Source: Alphaproteobacteria bacterium (GTDB lineage Bacteria; Pseudomonadota; Alphaproteobacteria; UBA828). Taken from it: a DNA stretch of 64,000 nucleotides. Position numbers and translations under genes: made by a program. The stretch lies in the NCBI GenBank assembly GCA_963667785.2, contig CAXXMU010000008.1, forward strand, positions 68,641-132,640, given 5' to 3'. The notes beneath the pieces are model-generated. The model saw nothing but the letters and a program-made list of their open reading frames with translations. It had not been told where the DNA came from and made no database searches. The stretch's first letter is position 1. Each line of letters begins with the position of its first letter. Positions 1 to 9,286 of the stretch are shown piece by piece.

Positions 1-3000
1 GTGGCGCAGGCGGTTCAGCGTCAGCACCTGGTGCACCTCGGCGAGGCCCATCTCCCAGGGCACGCCGGCGTACTTCACGCTGCTCTGGGGCGAGGCGCCG
101 GTGCCGCCGTCGTGGCCGGAGACCAGCACCACGTCGGCCTTGGCCTTGGCGACGCCGGCGGCGATGGTGCCGATGCCGGCCTCGGCCACGAGCTTGACCG
201 AGACGCGGGCGCGCGGGTTGATCTGCTTGAGGTCGTAGATGAGCTGCGCCAGGTCCTCGATCGAGTAGATGTCGTGGTGCGGCGGCGGCGAGATGAGCGT
301 CACCCCCGGCGTCGAATGGCGCAGCCGCGCGATCTCTTCCGACACCTTGAACCCCGGCAGCTGGCCGCCTTCGCCGGGCTTGGCCCCCTGGGCCATCTTG
401 ATCTCGATCTCGCGGCAATGGTTCAGGTACTCTGCCGTCACGCCGAAGCGCGCGGACGCGATCTGCTTGGTCGCGGACGATGCGTTGTCGCCGTTCTCGC
501 GCGGCTCGAAGCGCTCGCGCGCCTCGCCGCCCTCGCCGGAGCACGACGCCGCGCCGATCCGGTTCATGGCGATGGCCAGCGTCTCGTGCGCCTCCTTGGA
601 GAGCGCGCCGTGCGACATGCTGCCGCTGCTGAAGCGCTTGCGGATCTGGGTGATCGATTCCACTTCCTCCAGCCCGATCGGCGTCCGCTCGTGCTTGAAG
701 TCGAGCAGGCTGCGGACATGGATCGGGGGCAGCGCGTAGACGCCCTCGGCGTATTTCTTGTAGGTCGCGTAGGAATCGGTCGCGAGCGCCGACTGCAGCA
801 TGTGGATCAGCGGTCCGTCGAAGGCGTGCACCTCGCCCGAGCGGCGATACTTGAGGAGGCCGCCCACCGGCAGCACCACCGGGCTCTCCTCGTAGGCCTT
901 GCGGTGCTGGTACAGCACGCGGCGCTTGATGCCGCTGAGCCCGATGCCCGAGAGGCGCGCCGTCATGCCGGGGAAGAAATCGGCGACCAGCGCCCGGCTG
1001 AGGCCGACGGCCTCGAAATTGTAGCCGCTCCGGTAGGAGCTCAGCACCGAGATGCCCATCTTCGAGAGGATCTTGAGAAGCCCCGCATCGACGGCGCTGC
1101 GGAAGCGCGCCTCGCAGTCCGCCAGGCTGCGCGTGCCGAAGAGGCCGCGCTCCTGCCGGTCGGCCACGCTTTCGAGCGCGACATAGGGGTTGATCGTGGT
1201 CGCGCCGACGCCGATCAGGACCGCGAAGTAGTGCACGTCCAGGCATTCGGCGGCGCGCACGTTGATCGAGGTGAAGGTCCGCAGACGCTGGCGCACCAGG
1301 TGGCTGTGGACGCCGCCGGCCGCGAGGATCATGGGGATCGGCGCGCGCTCCTCGGAGACATGCTCGTCGGTCAGGATCAGGTGGATCGCGCCGCCGCGCA
1401 CTGCCTCCTCCGCCTGCCCGCGGATGCGCTCGATCGCCGCGGTCAGCCGGCCCGGGCCGGGCTCTGCGTCGAAGGTGCAGTCTATCCACACCGCCTTGTC
1501 GCCCAGTTGCTCGATCAGGCCCGCGAACTCGCCGTTGGTCAGCACCGGCGAATCGAGCTGCGGCAGCGTGGTCTGCTCGGGCTCGTCGGCGAAGATGTTG
1601 CCCATGTTGCCGAGCCGGGTGATCAGGCTCATGACGCTGTATTCGCGCAGGGAATCGATCGGCGGATTGGTCACCTGCGCGAACATCTGCCGGAAGTAGT
1701 AGTGCAGGCCCCGATACTGGCCGGAGAGCACGGCGAGCGGCGTGTCGTCGCCCATCGAGCCGGTCGGCTCCTTGCCGTCGTCCACCATGGGATGGAGCAC
1801 CAGCTCGAGCTCCTCCATGGAATAGCCCACCATCCGCTGGCGGCGGCGGAGCTCGTCGCGCTCGAACATCCGCGGCGCCGACCGGCCGGCGACCAGAGCG
1901 CTGGCGTCGGTCACTTCGGCGGCCCACTTGCCGTAGGGCTTGGCGTCCGCGAGCATGTCCTTGATCTCGCGGTCGTGATAGAGGCGGCCTTCGGCGAGAT
2001 CGACGCAGACGAGCTGGCCCGGGCCGAGGCGGCCGTTCTCGACGATTTCCTCCGGCGCGAGCGGGACCATGCCGGTCTCGGAGCCGACCACCAGCATGTC
2101 GTCGGCGGTGACGCTGTAGCGCATCGGGCGCAGCCCGTTCCGGTCCATCCCGGCGAGGATCCAGGTGCCGTCGGTCGCGGCGACCGCGGCCGGGCCGTCC
2201 CACGGCTCCATCAGCCAGTTGCAGACGCTGTAGAAGGCGCGGTGGTTGGCGGGCATGTCCTGCTTCTTCGACCAGGCGTCGGGAATCAGCAGGCTGTATG
2301 CCGCCGGAACGGAGCGGCCGGCCCGGACCAGGCCCTCCAGCACCCCGTCGAGCGCCATCGAATCCGAGGAGTCCGGCTCGATCAGCGGAAAGAGCTCGTT
2401 GTTGTAGGCGCCGAAGACGTCGCTGGCGGCGCGCGTCTCGTGGCTCGCCATCCAGTTCTTGTTGCCGCGGATCGTGTTGATCTCGCCATTGTGGGCGAGC
2501 ATGCGGAAGGGCTGCGCCAGCCGCCAGGTGGGGAAGGTGTTGGTCGAATAGCGCTGATGGAAGATGGCGAAGCGGGAGACGAAGCGCTCGTCCAGCAGGT
2601 CGGGGTAGAACGCCGAGAGCTGCTCGGCCAGGAACATGCCCTTGTAGATCAGGGAGCGGCTGGAGAACGAGCAGATGTAGAAGCCGTTGACGTGGCGGGC
2701 GAGGACCTGCTTCTCGATGCGCCGGCGGATGATGTAGAGGTCGATCTCGAACTGATCGTCATCGACGCCGCGCTCGTTGGCGATCATGATCTGCTCGATT
2801 TCCGGCCGGCTGGCGTTCGCCTTCTCGCCGATCACAGACGAATCGATGGGCACCTGGCGCCAGCCGAGGATGGCGTGGCCGAAGTGCAGGACCTCGGTCT
2901 CGACGATGCTGCGGCAGATGTCCTGCGCGCCGAGGTCGGTCTTGGGCAGGAACACCATGCCGACGGCGAGCCGCCCGCCCCTGGGCCTCTGGCCGGTCGC

Positions 3001-3261
3001 CTCCACATGCTCCCGGAAGAAGTCCTGCGGGATCTCGACGTGGATACCGGCGCCGTCGCCGGTCTTGCCGTCGGCATCGACCGCGCCCCGGTGCCACACC
3101 GCCTTGAGCGCGTCGATGCCGGCCTCCACCACGTCGCGCCTGGGCGTGCCGTCGAGTGCGGCGATCAGCCCGACCCCGCAAGCATCGTGCTCGAAGGCGG
3201 GATCGTAGAGGCCGACGCCAGGGCCCGTCCCGCCGGGTCCGGCCGGGTGCCCGCTCCTCAT
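1..3261 (-). CDS. gltB: Glutamate synthase large subunit (3' part runs off window)
   Basis: Hand translation of minus strand from ATG at 3261: MRSGHP...GLYDPAFEHDACGVGLIA (Ntn amidotransferase Cys motif); later HQRYSTNTFPTW, AHNGEINT, IKMAQGAKPGEGGQLPG motifs. ATGA overlap with gltD stop. Absent from ORF track because it has no stop in the window. Confidence 0.97.
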   Translation of the reverse strand, partial: MRSGHPAGPGGTGPGVGLYDPAFEHDACGVGLIAALDGTPRRDVVEAGIDALKAVWHRGAVDADGKTGDGAGIHVEIPQDFFREHVEATGQRPRGGRLAVGMVFLPKTDLGAQDICRSIVETEVLHFGHAILGWRQVPIDSSVIGEKANASRPEIEQIMIANERGVDDDQFEIDLYIIRRRIEKQVLARHVNGFYICSFSSRSLIYKGMFLAEQLSAFYPDLLDERFVSRFAIFHQRYSTNTFPTWRLAQPFRMLAHNGEINTIRGNKNWMASHETRAASDVFGAYNNELFPLIEPDSSDSMALDGVLEGLVRAGRSVPAAYSLLIPDAWSKKQDMPANHRAFYSVCNWLMEPWDGPAAVAATDGTWILAGMDRNGLRPMRYSVTADDMLVVGSETGMVPLAPEEIVENGRLGPGQLVCVDLAEGRLYHDREIKDMLADAKPYGKWAAEVTDASALVAGRSAPRMFERDELRRRQRMVGYSMEELELVLHPMVDDGKEPTGSMGDDTPLAVLSGQYRGLHYYFRQMFAQVTNPPIDSLREYSVMSLITRLGNMGNIFADEPEQTTLPQLDSPVLTNGEFAGLIEQLGDKAVWIDCTFDAEPGPGRLTAAIERIRGQAEEAVRGGAIHLILTDEHVSEERAPIPMILAAGGVHSHLVRQRLRTFTSINVRAAECLDVHYFAVLIGVGATTINPYVALESVADRQERGLFGTRSLADCEARFRSAVDAGLLKILSKMGISVLSSYRSGYNFEAVGLSRALVADFFPGMTARLSGIGLSGIKRRVLYQHRKAYEESPVVLPVGGLLKYRRSGEVHAFDGPLIHMLQSALATDSYATYKKYAEGVYALPPIHVRSLLDFKHERTPIGLEEVESITQIRKRFSSGSMSHGALSKEAHETLAIAMNRIGAASCSGEGGEARERFEPRENGDNASSATKQIASARFGVTAEYLNHCREIEIKMAQGAKPGEGGQLPGFKVSEEIARLRHSTPGVTLISPPPHHDIYSIEDLAQLIYDLKQINPRARVSVKLVAEAGIGTIAAGVAKAKADVVLVSGHDGGTGASPQSSVKYAGVPWEMGLAEVHQVLTLNRLRH

Positions 3262-4706
3262 GCCGCCGCCTCCCTCAGGGCGTTGCCTTCCGCCGCGTTC
3301 GCTTCGATGTAGCGGTGGATCGAGGCCGCGGCGTCGCGCCCGTCCTTGATGGCCCAGACGACCAGGGAGGCGCCGCGCACGATGTCTCCGATGGCGAACA
3401 CGCCGTCGAGGCTCGTCATCATGGTGCTCCAGTCGATCAACAGCGTGCCCCAGCGCGTCGTCTTGAGTGCCGGCTCGTCGAAGAGCGCCGGCAGATCCTC
3501 CGGATCGAAGCCGAGCGCCTTGATCAGCAGGTCGGCATCGATGGAATAGCTGGAGCCCGGTATCGGCTGCGGTGTCTGGCGGCCGCTCGCATCGGCGACG
3601 CCGAGATGGATGCGCACCGCGCGCACCCCTTCCACGTCGCTGTCGCCGAGCACCGCCTCGGGCTGCGACAGCCAGACGAACTCGACGCCTTCCTCCTCGG
3701 CGTGGCGCACCTCCTGCATCGAGCCCGGCATGTTGATGCGGTCGCGCCGGTAGAGGCAGCGCACCGACCGCGCTCCCTGGCGCACCGCCGTGCGCACGCA
3801 GTCCATCGCCGTGTCGCCGCCGCCGACGACCACGACGTCCTTGCGGCGGGCGTCGAGGGTGCCGTCGTCGAAGGCCGGCACCGCATCGCCCAGTCCCTTG
3901 CGGTTGCTCGCCGTGAGGTAGTCCATCGCCTGGAAGATGTTGCCGAGGCCGATCCCCGGCACGCTCATGTCGCGGGCCTTGTAGGCGCCGGTCGCGATCA
4001 CCACGGCATCGTGCCGCTCGCGCAGTTCGGCGAGCGACACGTCGCGCCCGACCTCGACGTTGAGGTGGAAGCTGACGCCGCCGTCGATCAGCAGGTCGGC
4101 GCGGCGCTGGACGATGGATTTTTCCAGCTTGAAGTTGGGAATGCCGTAGATCAGCAGGCCGCCGACGCGGTCGTAGCGGTCGTAGATGTGCGCCTGATAG
4201 CCGAGGCGGCGCAGCTCTTCGGCGACCGTCATTCCGCCGGGGCCGGCGCCGACGATGCCCACCGACTGCGGCCGCTCGGCCCGGGGGCGCGGCGGCTGGA
4301 CCCAGCCGTTGTTGAACGCGGTGTCGGTGATGTAGCGCTCCACGGCGCCGATGGTGACCGAGCTGAATCCCTTCTCGATCACGCAGTTGCCTTCGCAGAG
4401 GCGATCCTGCGGGCAGATGCGGCCGCAGATCTCCGGCATGTTGTTGGTCGCCGACGAGATCTCGTACGCCTCTTCCAGCCGCCCTTCCGCGGTCAGCATC
4501 AGCCAGTCGGGGATGTTGTTCGAAACCGGACAGTGAATCTGACAGAAGGGGACTCCGCACTGGGAGCAACGCGCCGCCTGGTCGGCCGCCGCCTCGTGGC
4601 GGAAGTCGTCGTAGACCTCGCCCCAGTCGCGCCGGCGCAGCGCCGGCGCGCGCTTCTCCGGATGCTTCTGCGCGAGCGTCACGAACTTGAGCATGTCTGC
4701 GCCCAC
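3258..4706 (-). CDS. gltD: Glutamate synthase small subunit (NADPH)
   Basis: CSQCGVPFCQIHCP Fe-S motif, GRICPQDRLCEGNC, GAGPGG and GGGDTAMDC dinucleotide motifs; GTG start at 4706 chosen because GAGGGAG precedes it; adjacent to gltB. Confidence 0.95.
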   Translation of the reverse strand: MGADMLKFVTLAQKHPEKRAPALRRRDWGEVYDDFRHEAAADQAARCSQCGVPFCQIHCPVSNNIPDWLMLTAEGRLEEAYEISSATNNMPEICGRICPQDRLCEGNCVIEKGFSSVTIGAVERYITDTAFNNGWVQPPRPRAERPQSVGIVGAGPGGMTVAEELRRLGYQAHIYDRYDRVGGLLIYGIPNFKLEKSIVQRRADLLIDGGVSFHLNVEVGRDVSLAELRERHDAVVIATGAYKARDMSVPGIGLGNIFQAMDYLTASNRKGLGDAVPAFDDGTLDARRKDVVVVGGGDTAMDCVRTAVRQGARSVRCLYRRDRINMPGSMQEVRHAEEEGVEFVWLSQPEAVLGDSDVEGVRAVRIHLGVADASGRQTPQPIPGSSYSIDADLLIKALGFDPEDLPALFDEPALKTTRWGTLLIDWSTMMTSLDGVFAIGDIVRGASLVVWAIKDGRDAAASIHRYIEANAAEGNALREAAA

Positions 4707-5022
4707 GCGCTGTCTCCCTCGGGTCTTCGGGTCGCCGGCCAGCGCCGCTCGAAATGCCTTGGCGCCGCCCTTTGCGTCCACTATAGCCGCAAAGGCGCAC
4801 TCACGCCATGGTTTTTCGCCTCAATAAGGCAGCCTCACTGTCTCAATGGCGACGGCCCGCATTGGTCCATCCAATTGAGGCGCGTGCGGCACTCCCGTTC
4901 CTGCCGATTTTCGGGCCGGAACGGGACTTTATGCAGGGCGTGGCGTCCTGTCCCTGAACGGGCCGGCGATGGTATAAGCGCGGCGGCGGCGAGTCGGCCG
5001 CTACCGACGGAGAAGCGCGGCC

Positions 5023-5832
5023 GTGCCGTTCCTTCATATCGTCGTCCTCACGATCATCCAGGGCATCACCGAATTCCTGCCGGTGAGCTCCTCCGGCCAC
5101 CTCGTGCTGGTGCCGCTCGTCACCGGCTGGCAGGACCAGGGGCTGGTGATGGACGTGGCGGTCCATGTCGGCACGCTGGCGGCGGTCCTGGTCTACTTCT
5201 GGCGGGATCTCGGGCAGATCCTCCTCGGCTGGCTCGGCGGGAAGTGGGGGCGGCGCGACCGGCGCCTCGGGCGCGCGCTGGGCTTCTACGTGGTGGTCTC
5301 GGCGGTTCCCGTCATCGTTGCCGGCGGCGTGATCTACGCGCTGGGGCACTCTGTGCTCCGCGACCCCGAGATCGTGGCCTGGGCGACCGTCGGCTTCGGC
5401 ATCCTGCTCTACCTGGCCGATCGCATGGGCATGACGATCCGCACCGTCGAGCACCTGACCTTCGCCCACGTGCTCTTCATCGGCCTCGCCCAGGTTCTCG
5501 CCCTCGTGCCCGGCGCCAGCCGCTCGGGCGTCACCATGACCGCCGCCCGCTGGCTCGGCTACGAGCGCCCGGCGGCGGCGCGCTTCGCGATGCTGATGTC
5601 GATACCGGTGATCGCGGCGAGCGGCGCGGTGGCCGGGTTCGAGGTCTGGCAGCAGGGCGACCCGATCGTCTACGGCAGCGCGGGGCTCGCCGCGGCGCTC
5701 TCCTTCCTGGTGGCGCTGATCGCGATTGCCGGGTTGCTCGCCCTGATCCGGCGCGTGAGCTTCACCCCGTTCGTCATCTACCGCCTGGCTCTCGGCGGCG
5801 CGGTGCTCGTCTGGCTCTATTACTTGACGTAA
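5023..5832 (+). CDS. uppP: Undecaprenyl-diphosphate phosphatase (BacA/UppP)
   Basis: QGITEFLPVSSSGHL and PGASRSGVT signature motifs; multi-TM. Confidence 0.95.
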   Translation: MPFLHIVVLTIIQGITEFLPVSSSGHLVLVPLVTGWQDQGLVMDVAVHVGTLAAVLVYFWRDLGQILLGWLGGKWGRRDRRLGRALGFYVVVSAVPVIVAGGVIYALGHSVLRDPEIVAWATVGFGILLYLADRMGMTIRTVEHLTFAHVLFIGLAQVLALVPGASRSGVTMTAARWLGYERPAAARFAMLMSIPVIAASGAVAGFEVWQQGDPIVYGSAGLAAALSFLVALIAIAGLLALIRRVSFTPFVIYRLALGGAVLVWLYYLT

Positions 5833-5864
5833 GGGAAGCGGCCGGCTCGCGGCCCGAGGGGGAG

Positions 5865-6866
5865 TCAGACCTCGCCCGCCGTCGCCGATTCGCTGCTGCC
5901 CCGGCGGTGGTCGCGCAGGTAGGTGGGCAGGATCAGCTCCGCCGCCGTCGCCTCGATGCCGAGCGCGGCGAGCCCGGGCGCATCCGGCGCGACGACGTTG
6001 TCGATCCTGAGCAGCTTCACCTGGTCCGGCGTGAGCGGCGGTGCCGGCGCGAATTGCGCGATCCGGGAGAGAATGTCCGCTGCGAAGAAGGGGACCGGGG
6101 CGAACAGGGCGTTTCGCCCCGTCTCGCGCGCGACCAGCGCCATGAGCTCGGCGTAGCTGTAGACCGAGGGGCCGCCCAGCTCGTAGGTCTTGCCCTGCGC
6201 CGCCGAGTCGTCCAGCGCCCGGTGCGTCGCCTCGGCAATGTCGCCGACGAAGACCGGCTGGAAGCGCGTGGTGCCCGCGTCGAACTCGGGCGTGAGGAAG
6301 AGCCCGTCCAGCTTCAGCCGGGGCAGCCCGTCGAAGAACAGCGGCAGCACCGGCACCAGGCGAACGATGGAGGCGAAGCGGTTGAAGAAGTCGTCTTCCG
6401 GCCCGAACACCAGTCCCGGCCTGAAGATGGTGGCGGCGGGGAAGGCCTCCCTCATCGCGGCCTCGCCGGCAGCCTTGGAGCGCGCGTAGTCCGACGGCGA
6501 GGCGGCGTCCGCGCCGAGCGCGGACACGTGGAGCAGGCGGGAGACGCCGGCGTCCGCCGCCGCGCGGGCGATACGCTCGGCGGAGGCGACGTGGACGGCG
6601 TAGAAGGTCTGGCGGCCCCGCTCGTTGAGGATGCCGGTGAGGTTGACGACCGCATCCGCGCCGTCGACCGCGCGGCGCACCGACGCCTCGTCGCGCACGT
6701 TGGCCTGCACCGGCGCGATCTGCCCCACGTCGCCGCAGGGGCGGAGGAAGCCGGCGAGCTCCGGCCGCCGGGTCGCGACACGGATGCCGCAGCCCTCCTT
6801 CGCGAGCCGCTGGACGATGTGGCGCCCGAGAAACCCGGTGCCGCCGAAGATGGTGACGAGTTGCAA
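5865..6866 (-). CDS. Complex I NDUFA9-like NAD(P)-binding (atypical SDR) protein
   Basis: VTIFGGTGFLGR Rossmann motif, GDVGQI, YARSKAAGE, FGPEDDFFNRFA, YELGGP. Confidence 0.9.
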   Translation of the reverse strand: MQLVTIFGGTGFLGRHIVQRLAKEGCGIRVATRRPELAGFLRPCGDVGQIAPVQANVRDEASVRRAVDGADAVVNLTGILNERGRQTFYAVHVASAERIARAAADAGVSRLLHVSALGADAASPSDYARSKAAGEAAMREAFPAATIFRPGLVFGPEDDFFNRFASIVRLVPVLPLFFDGLPRLKLDGLFLTPEFDAGTTRFQPVFVGDIAEATHRALDDSAAQGKTYELGGPSVYSYAELMALVARETGRNALFAPVPFFAADILSRIAQFAPAPPLTPDQVKLLRIDNVVAPDAPGLAALGIEATAAELILPTYLRDHRRGSSESATAGEV

Positions 6867-6957
6867 GGCGTCTCCGCTCGCGCGCCGTTATCGGTGACGA
6901 GGCCTGACTATTAGGACAACGCGCCGCCCACGGCCAGAGAAAACCGTTTCTGCCGCG

Positions 6958-6986
6958 TTGACATCGCCCGGCCTCGGGACTAGGCA
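6958..6986 (+). promoter_or_regulatory. Putative sigma70 promoter for leaderless rnd transcript
   Basis: TTGACA (6958-6963), 17 nt spacer, TAGGCA, then 7 nt to the ATG at 6994; no SD. Confidence 0.5.
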
Positions 6987-6993
6987 GCACGCC

Positions 6994-7611
6994 ATGGCCT
7001 GCCACCTCCATCGCGGCGACCTGCCGCCGGGGCTCACCTTCGGCGATTCGGTGGCGATCGACACCGAGACCATGGGCCTCGACCCGCATCGCGACCGGCT
7101 CTGCCTGGTCCAGCTCTCGCGCGGCGACGGTGACTGCCATCTGGTCCAGCTCCCGCCCGGCGAGGCGATCGCCGCGCCGCACCTGGCGGCGCTTCTCGGC
7201 GACGAGGCGGTGCTGAAGATCTTCCACTTCGCCCGTTTCGACGTCGCCGTGCTGGAGCATGCGCTGGGAGTCGCGTGCGGGCCGGTCTACTGCACCAAGA
7301 TCGCGTCCCGCCTCTGCCGCACCTTCACCGACCGCCACGGCCTCAAGGACCTCTGCCGCGACCTGCTCGGCGTCGAGATTTCCAAGCAGCAGCAGTCGTC
7401 CGACTGGGGCGCGGACCGGCTCTCCCAGAGCCAGCTCGACTACGCCGCGAACGACGTCCTCCACCTGCATGCGCTGAAGGAGAGGCTCGACGCGCTTCTC
7501 GCGCGCGAGGGGCGGACCGCGCTGGCCGAGGCCTGCTTCGCCTTTCTGCCCCACCGCGCCCGGCTGGACCTCGAAGGCTGGCCGGAGGTGGACATCTTCG
7601 CCCACGACTAG
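6994..7611 (+). CDS. rnd: Ribonuclease D-like 3'-5' exonuclease
   Basis: AIDTETMGL...RDRLCLVQL, KIFHFARFD, SKQQQSSDWG, YAANDV (DEDDy). Confidence 0.9.
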   Translation: MACHLHRGDLPPGLTFGDSVAIDTETMGLDPHRDRLCLVQLSRGDGDCHLVQLPPGEAIAAPHLAALLGDEAVLKIFHFARFDVAVLEHALGVACGPVYCTKIASRLCRTFTDRHGLKDLCRDLLGVEISKQQQSSDWGADRLSQSQLDYAANDVLHLHALKERLDALLAREGRTALAEACFAFLPHRARLDLEGWPEVDIFAHD

Positions 7612-8729
7612 GGTATCGCCGAGCCTTCGCCGGAAAAACCTTCGCCGGCGCTGCCCACGAGACCGGCCTGCTCGATCCAAACGCGCTTCTCGGGATCGTC
7701 GACCACCGTCCCGATGCGCTGGCACGCCTTGCCGTGCGCGCCGAGGATGGCGACGGCGCGGGCCTCGTGCTCCGGCGGCACGATCGCGCAGAAGCCGATG
7801 CCCATGTTGAAGACCCGGTACATCTCCGCATCCGCGACCGCCCCCAGCCGCCGGAGCACGGCGAAGACCGGCGGCGGCGCGGGCAGCGCGTCGAGCCGCA
7901 TGCCGACCGTCGCCTCGATGCGGGTCAGGTTGAGGAAGCCGTCGCCGGTGATGTGCGCCAGCGCATGCACCGGCACTTCGCTCTCCAGCAGGTCCAGCGC
8001 CTCGCGGACGTAGATGTGGGTGGGGCGCAGCAGCGCCTCGCCGATGGTCTCGCCGAGGCCGCCCGCGCTGTCGTCCGCGCCGAGGCCCGCATGCTCGAAG
8101 AAGACCCGCCGGGCGAGCGTCAGCCCGTTGCTGTGGATGCCGCTGCTGGCGATGCCGACGATGCTGTCGCCGGGCCGGACATCCGCGCCGACGTTGACGG
8201 CGTCGAGATCGACGCGGCCGACGGCGGTGGCCGCGAGGTCGAATCCCGCACCGGGCACAGCCCCCCTGATCACGTCCCGCATCTCGGCGATCTCGCCGCC
8301 GGCGATGGAGACGCCGGCCAGCCGCGCGCCCTCGGCGAGGCCCGCACCGAGGGCCTCGAGCATCGCCGGCTCGGCCCGCTCCACGGCGATGTAGTCCACC
8401 AGCGTGATCGGCCGCGCGCCGACGCAGACGAGGTCGTTGACGTTCATCGCCACGCAGTCGATGCCCACCGTGTCGTAGCGGCCGGTCATCTGCGCGATCA
8501 GCGCCTTGGTGCCGATCCCGTCGGTGCAGACGGCGACGCCGATGCCACCGAAGTCCACGACACTCGCAAAGTAGCCGAGTCCCGCCCTGATGGAGCCGGG
8601 GCCGGCGTCGCCGGCGGGCCAGGTGGTGCGGACGTGGCGGACCAGGCCGGCGAGACCTGCGTCTATCGCATCGGCGTGGACGCCGGCGCCGTCATAATCC
8701 AGCGATGGCCGCTCCGGCGAGGGTGCCAT
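7608..8729 (-). CDS. purM: Phosphoribosylformylglycinamidine cyclo-ligase (AIR synthase)
   Basis: YDGAGV, TDGIGTK, GIDCVAMNVNDL, SSGIHSNG, AHITGDG, EMYRVFNMGIGF. Confidence 0.92.
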   Translation of the reverse strand: MAPSPERPSLDYDGAGVHADAIDAGLAGLVRHVRTTWPAGDAGPGSIRAGLGYFASVVDFGGIGVAVCTDGIGTKALIAQMTGRYDTVGIDCVAMNVNDLVCVGARPITLVDYIAVERAEPAMLEALGAGLAEGARLAGVSIAGGEIAEMRDVIRGAVPGAGFDLAATAVGRVDLDAVNVGADVRPGDSIVGIASSGIHSNGLTLARRVFFEHAGLGADDSAGGLGETIGEALLRPTHIYVREALDLLESEVPVHALAHITGDGFLNLTRIEATVGMRLDALPAPPPVFAVLRRLGAVADAEMYRVFNMGIGFCAIVPPEHEARAVAILGAHGKACQRIGTVVDDPEKRVWIEQAGLVGSAGEGFSGEGSAIP

Positions 8730-8839
8730 GCGCGCTCTCTTCTCCATCTGCCCGCGGCGGGCATGAGCCTCGCCCATCGGCCGGCCGCCGGCAAGGCGCT
8801 TGCCCGCCCCCCGCCATGGATCGGCGCGGGTACCTCATC

Positions 8840-8932
8840 CCGTCATGCCCGGACTCGTTCCGGGCATCCACGTTCTTTGTTGCTGTCGAACGGACAACCC
8901 GTGGATGGCCGGAACCAGTCCGGCCATGACGG
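8840..8932. repeat. REP-like inverted doublet (CGTC-type palindromic element)
   Basis: CGTCATGCCCGGACTCGTTCCGGGCATCCAC ... GTGGATGGCCGGAACCAGTCCGGCCATGACG: two inverted, internally palindromic units typical of alphaproteobacterial REP/RIME elements. Confidence 0.8.
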
Positions 8933-9109
8933 CCCGAGAGCATGGCGGCCCGAAAGTACACTCCTTGATGGAAGTGGGATTCGGCAGAGGGGGGGCATGC
9001 GGGATTTCGTGGGGTAGCGAGGGATTCCGCGGGGTCTGGCGGCCTCCATATCCCACTTCGCCACCGGCCTGCCTGCCGCGCACCGCTCGTCTCCGCTCTC
9101 GCTCATCAT
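8843..9109 (-). other. Short ORF (88 aa) or non-coding transcript downstream of palindrome promoter copy 1
   Basis: ATG at 9109 sits at the same distance from the palindrome as the portal and DUF5675 ATGs. The ORF has no recognisable family and runs into the REP element. Confidence 0.3.
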
Positions 9110-9160
9110 GCCGCCACCCTCGCACGTCCACCCCGCGCCCTGCACCGCACTATGGTGCGG
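9110..9160 (-). promoter_or_regulatory. Palindromic activator site + -10-like hexamer, copy 1
   Basis: Minus strand CCGCACCATAGTGCGGTGCAG-N18-GAGGGT-N6-ATG; dyad (one mismatch) at 9145-9160. Confidence 0.65.
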
Positions 9161-9286
9161 GGAATCACCTTAGCGTCATGGTTGGGCGTGACGACGAGTT
9201 GGGGGCGTCAGGATTCGAGAAGGGGCGCGCCGGTACCGACACGCGCACGCGTCGGCGACGGGACCCTGGTCACACCGGCGATGCGC

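Noticed and set aside
1-6914. Long + strand ORFs 1..3312 and 3156..6914
   Set aside because: Antisense or out-of-frame shadows of gltB, gltD and neighbours, typical of high-GC DNA; no family motifs.
8991-9040. CRISPR-like or coding tandem repeat
   Set aside because: Units are 10 bp, degenerate and have no spacers; no cas genes in the window.
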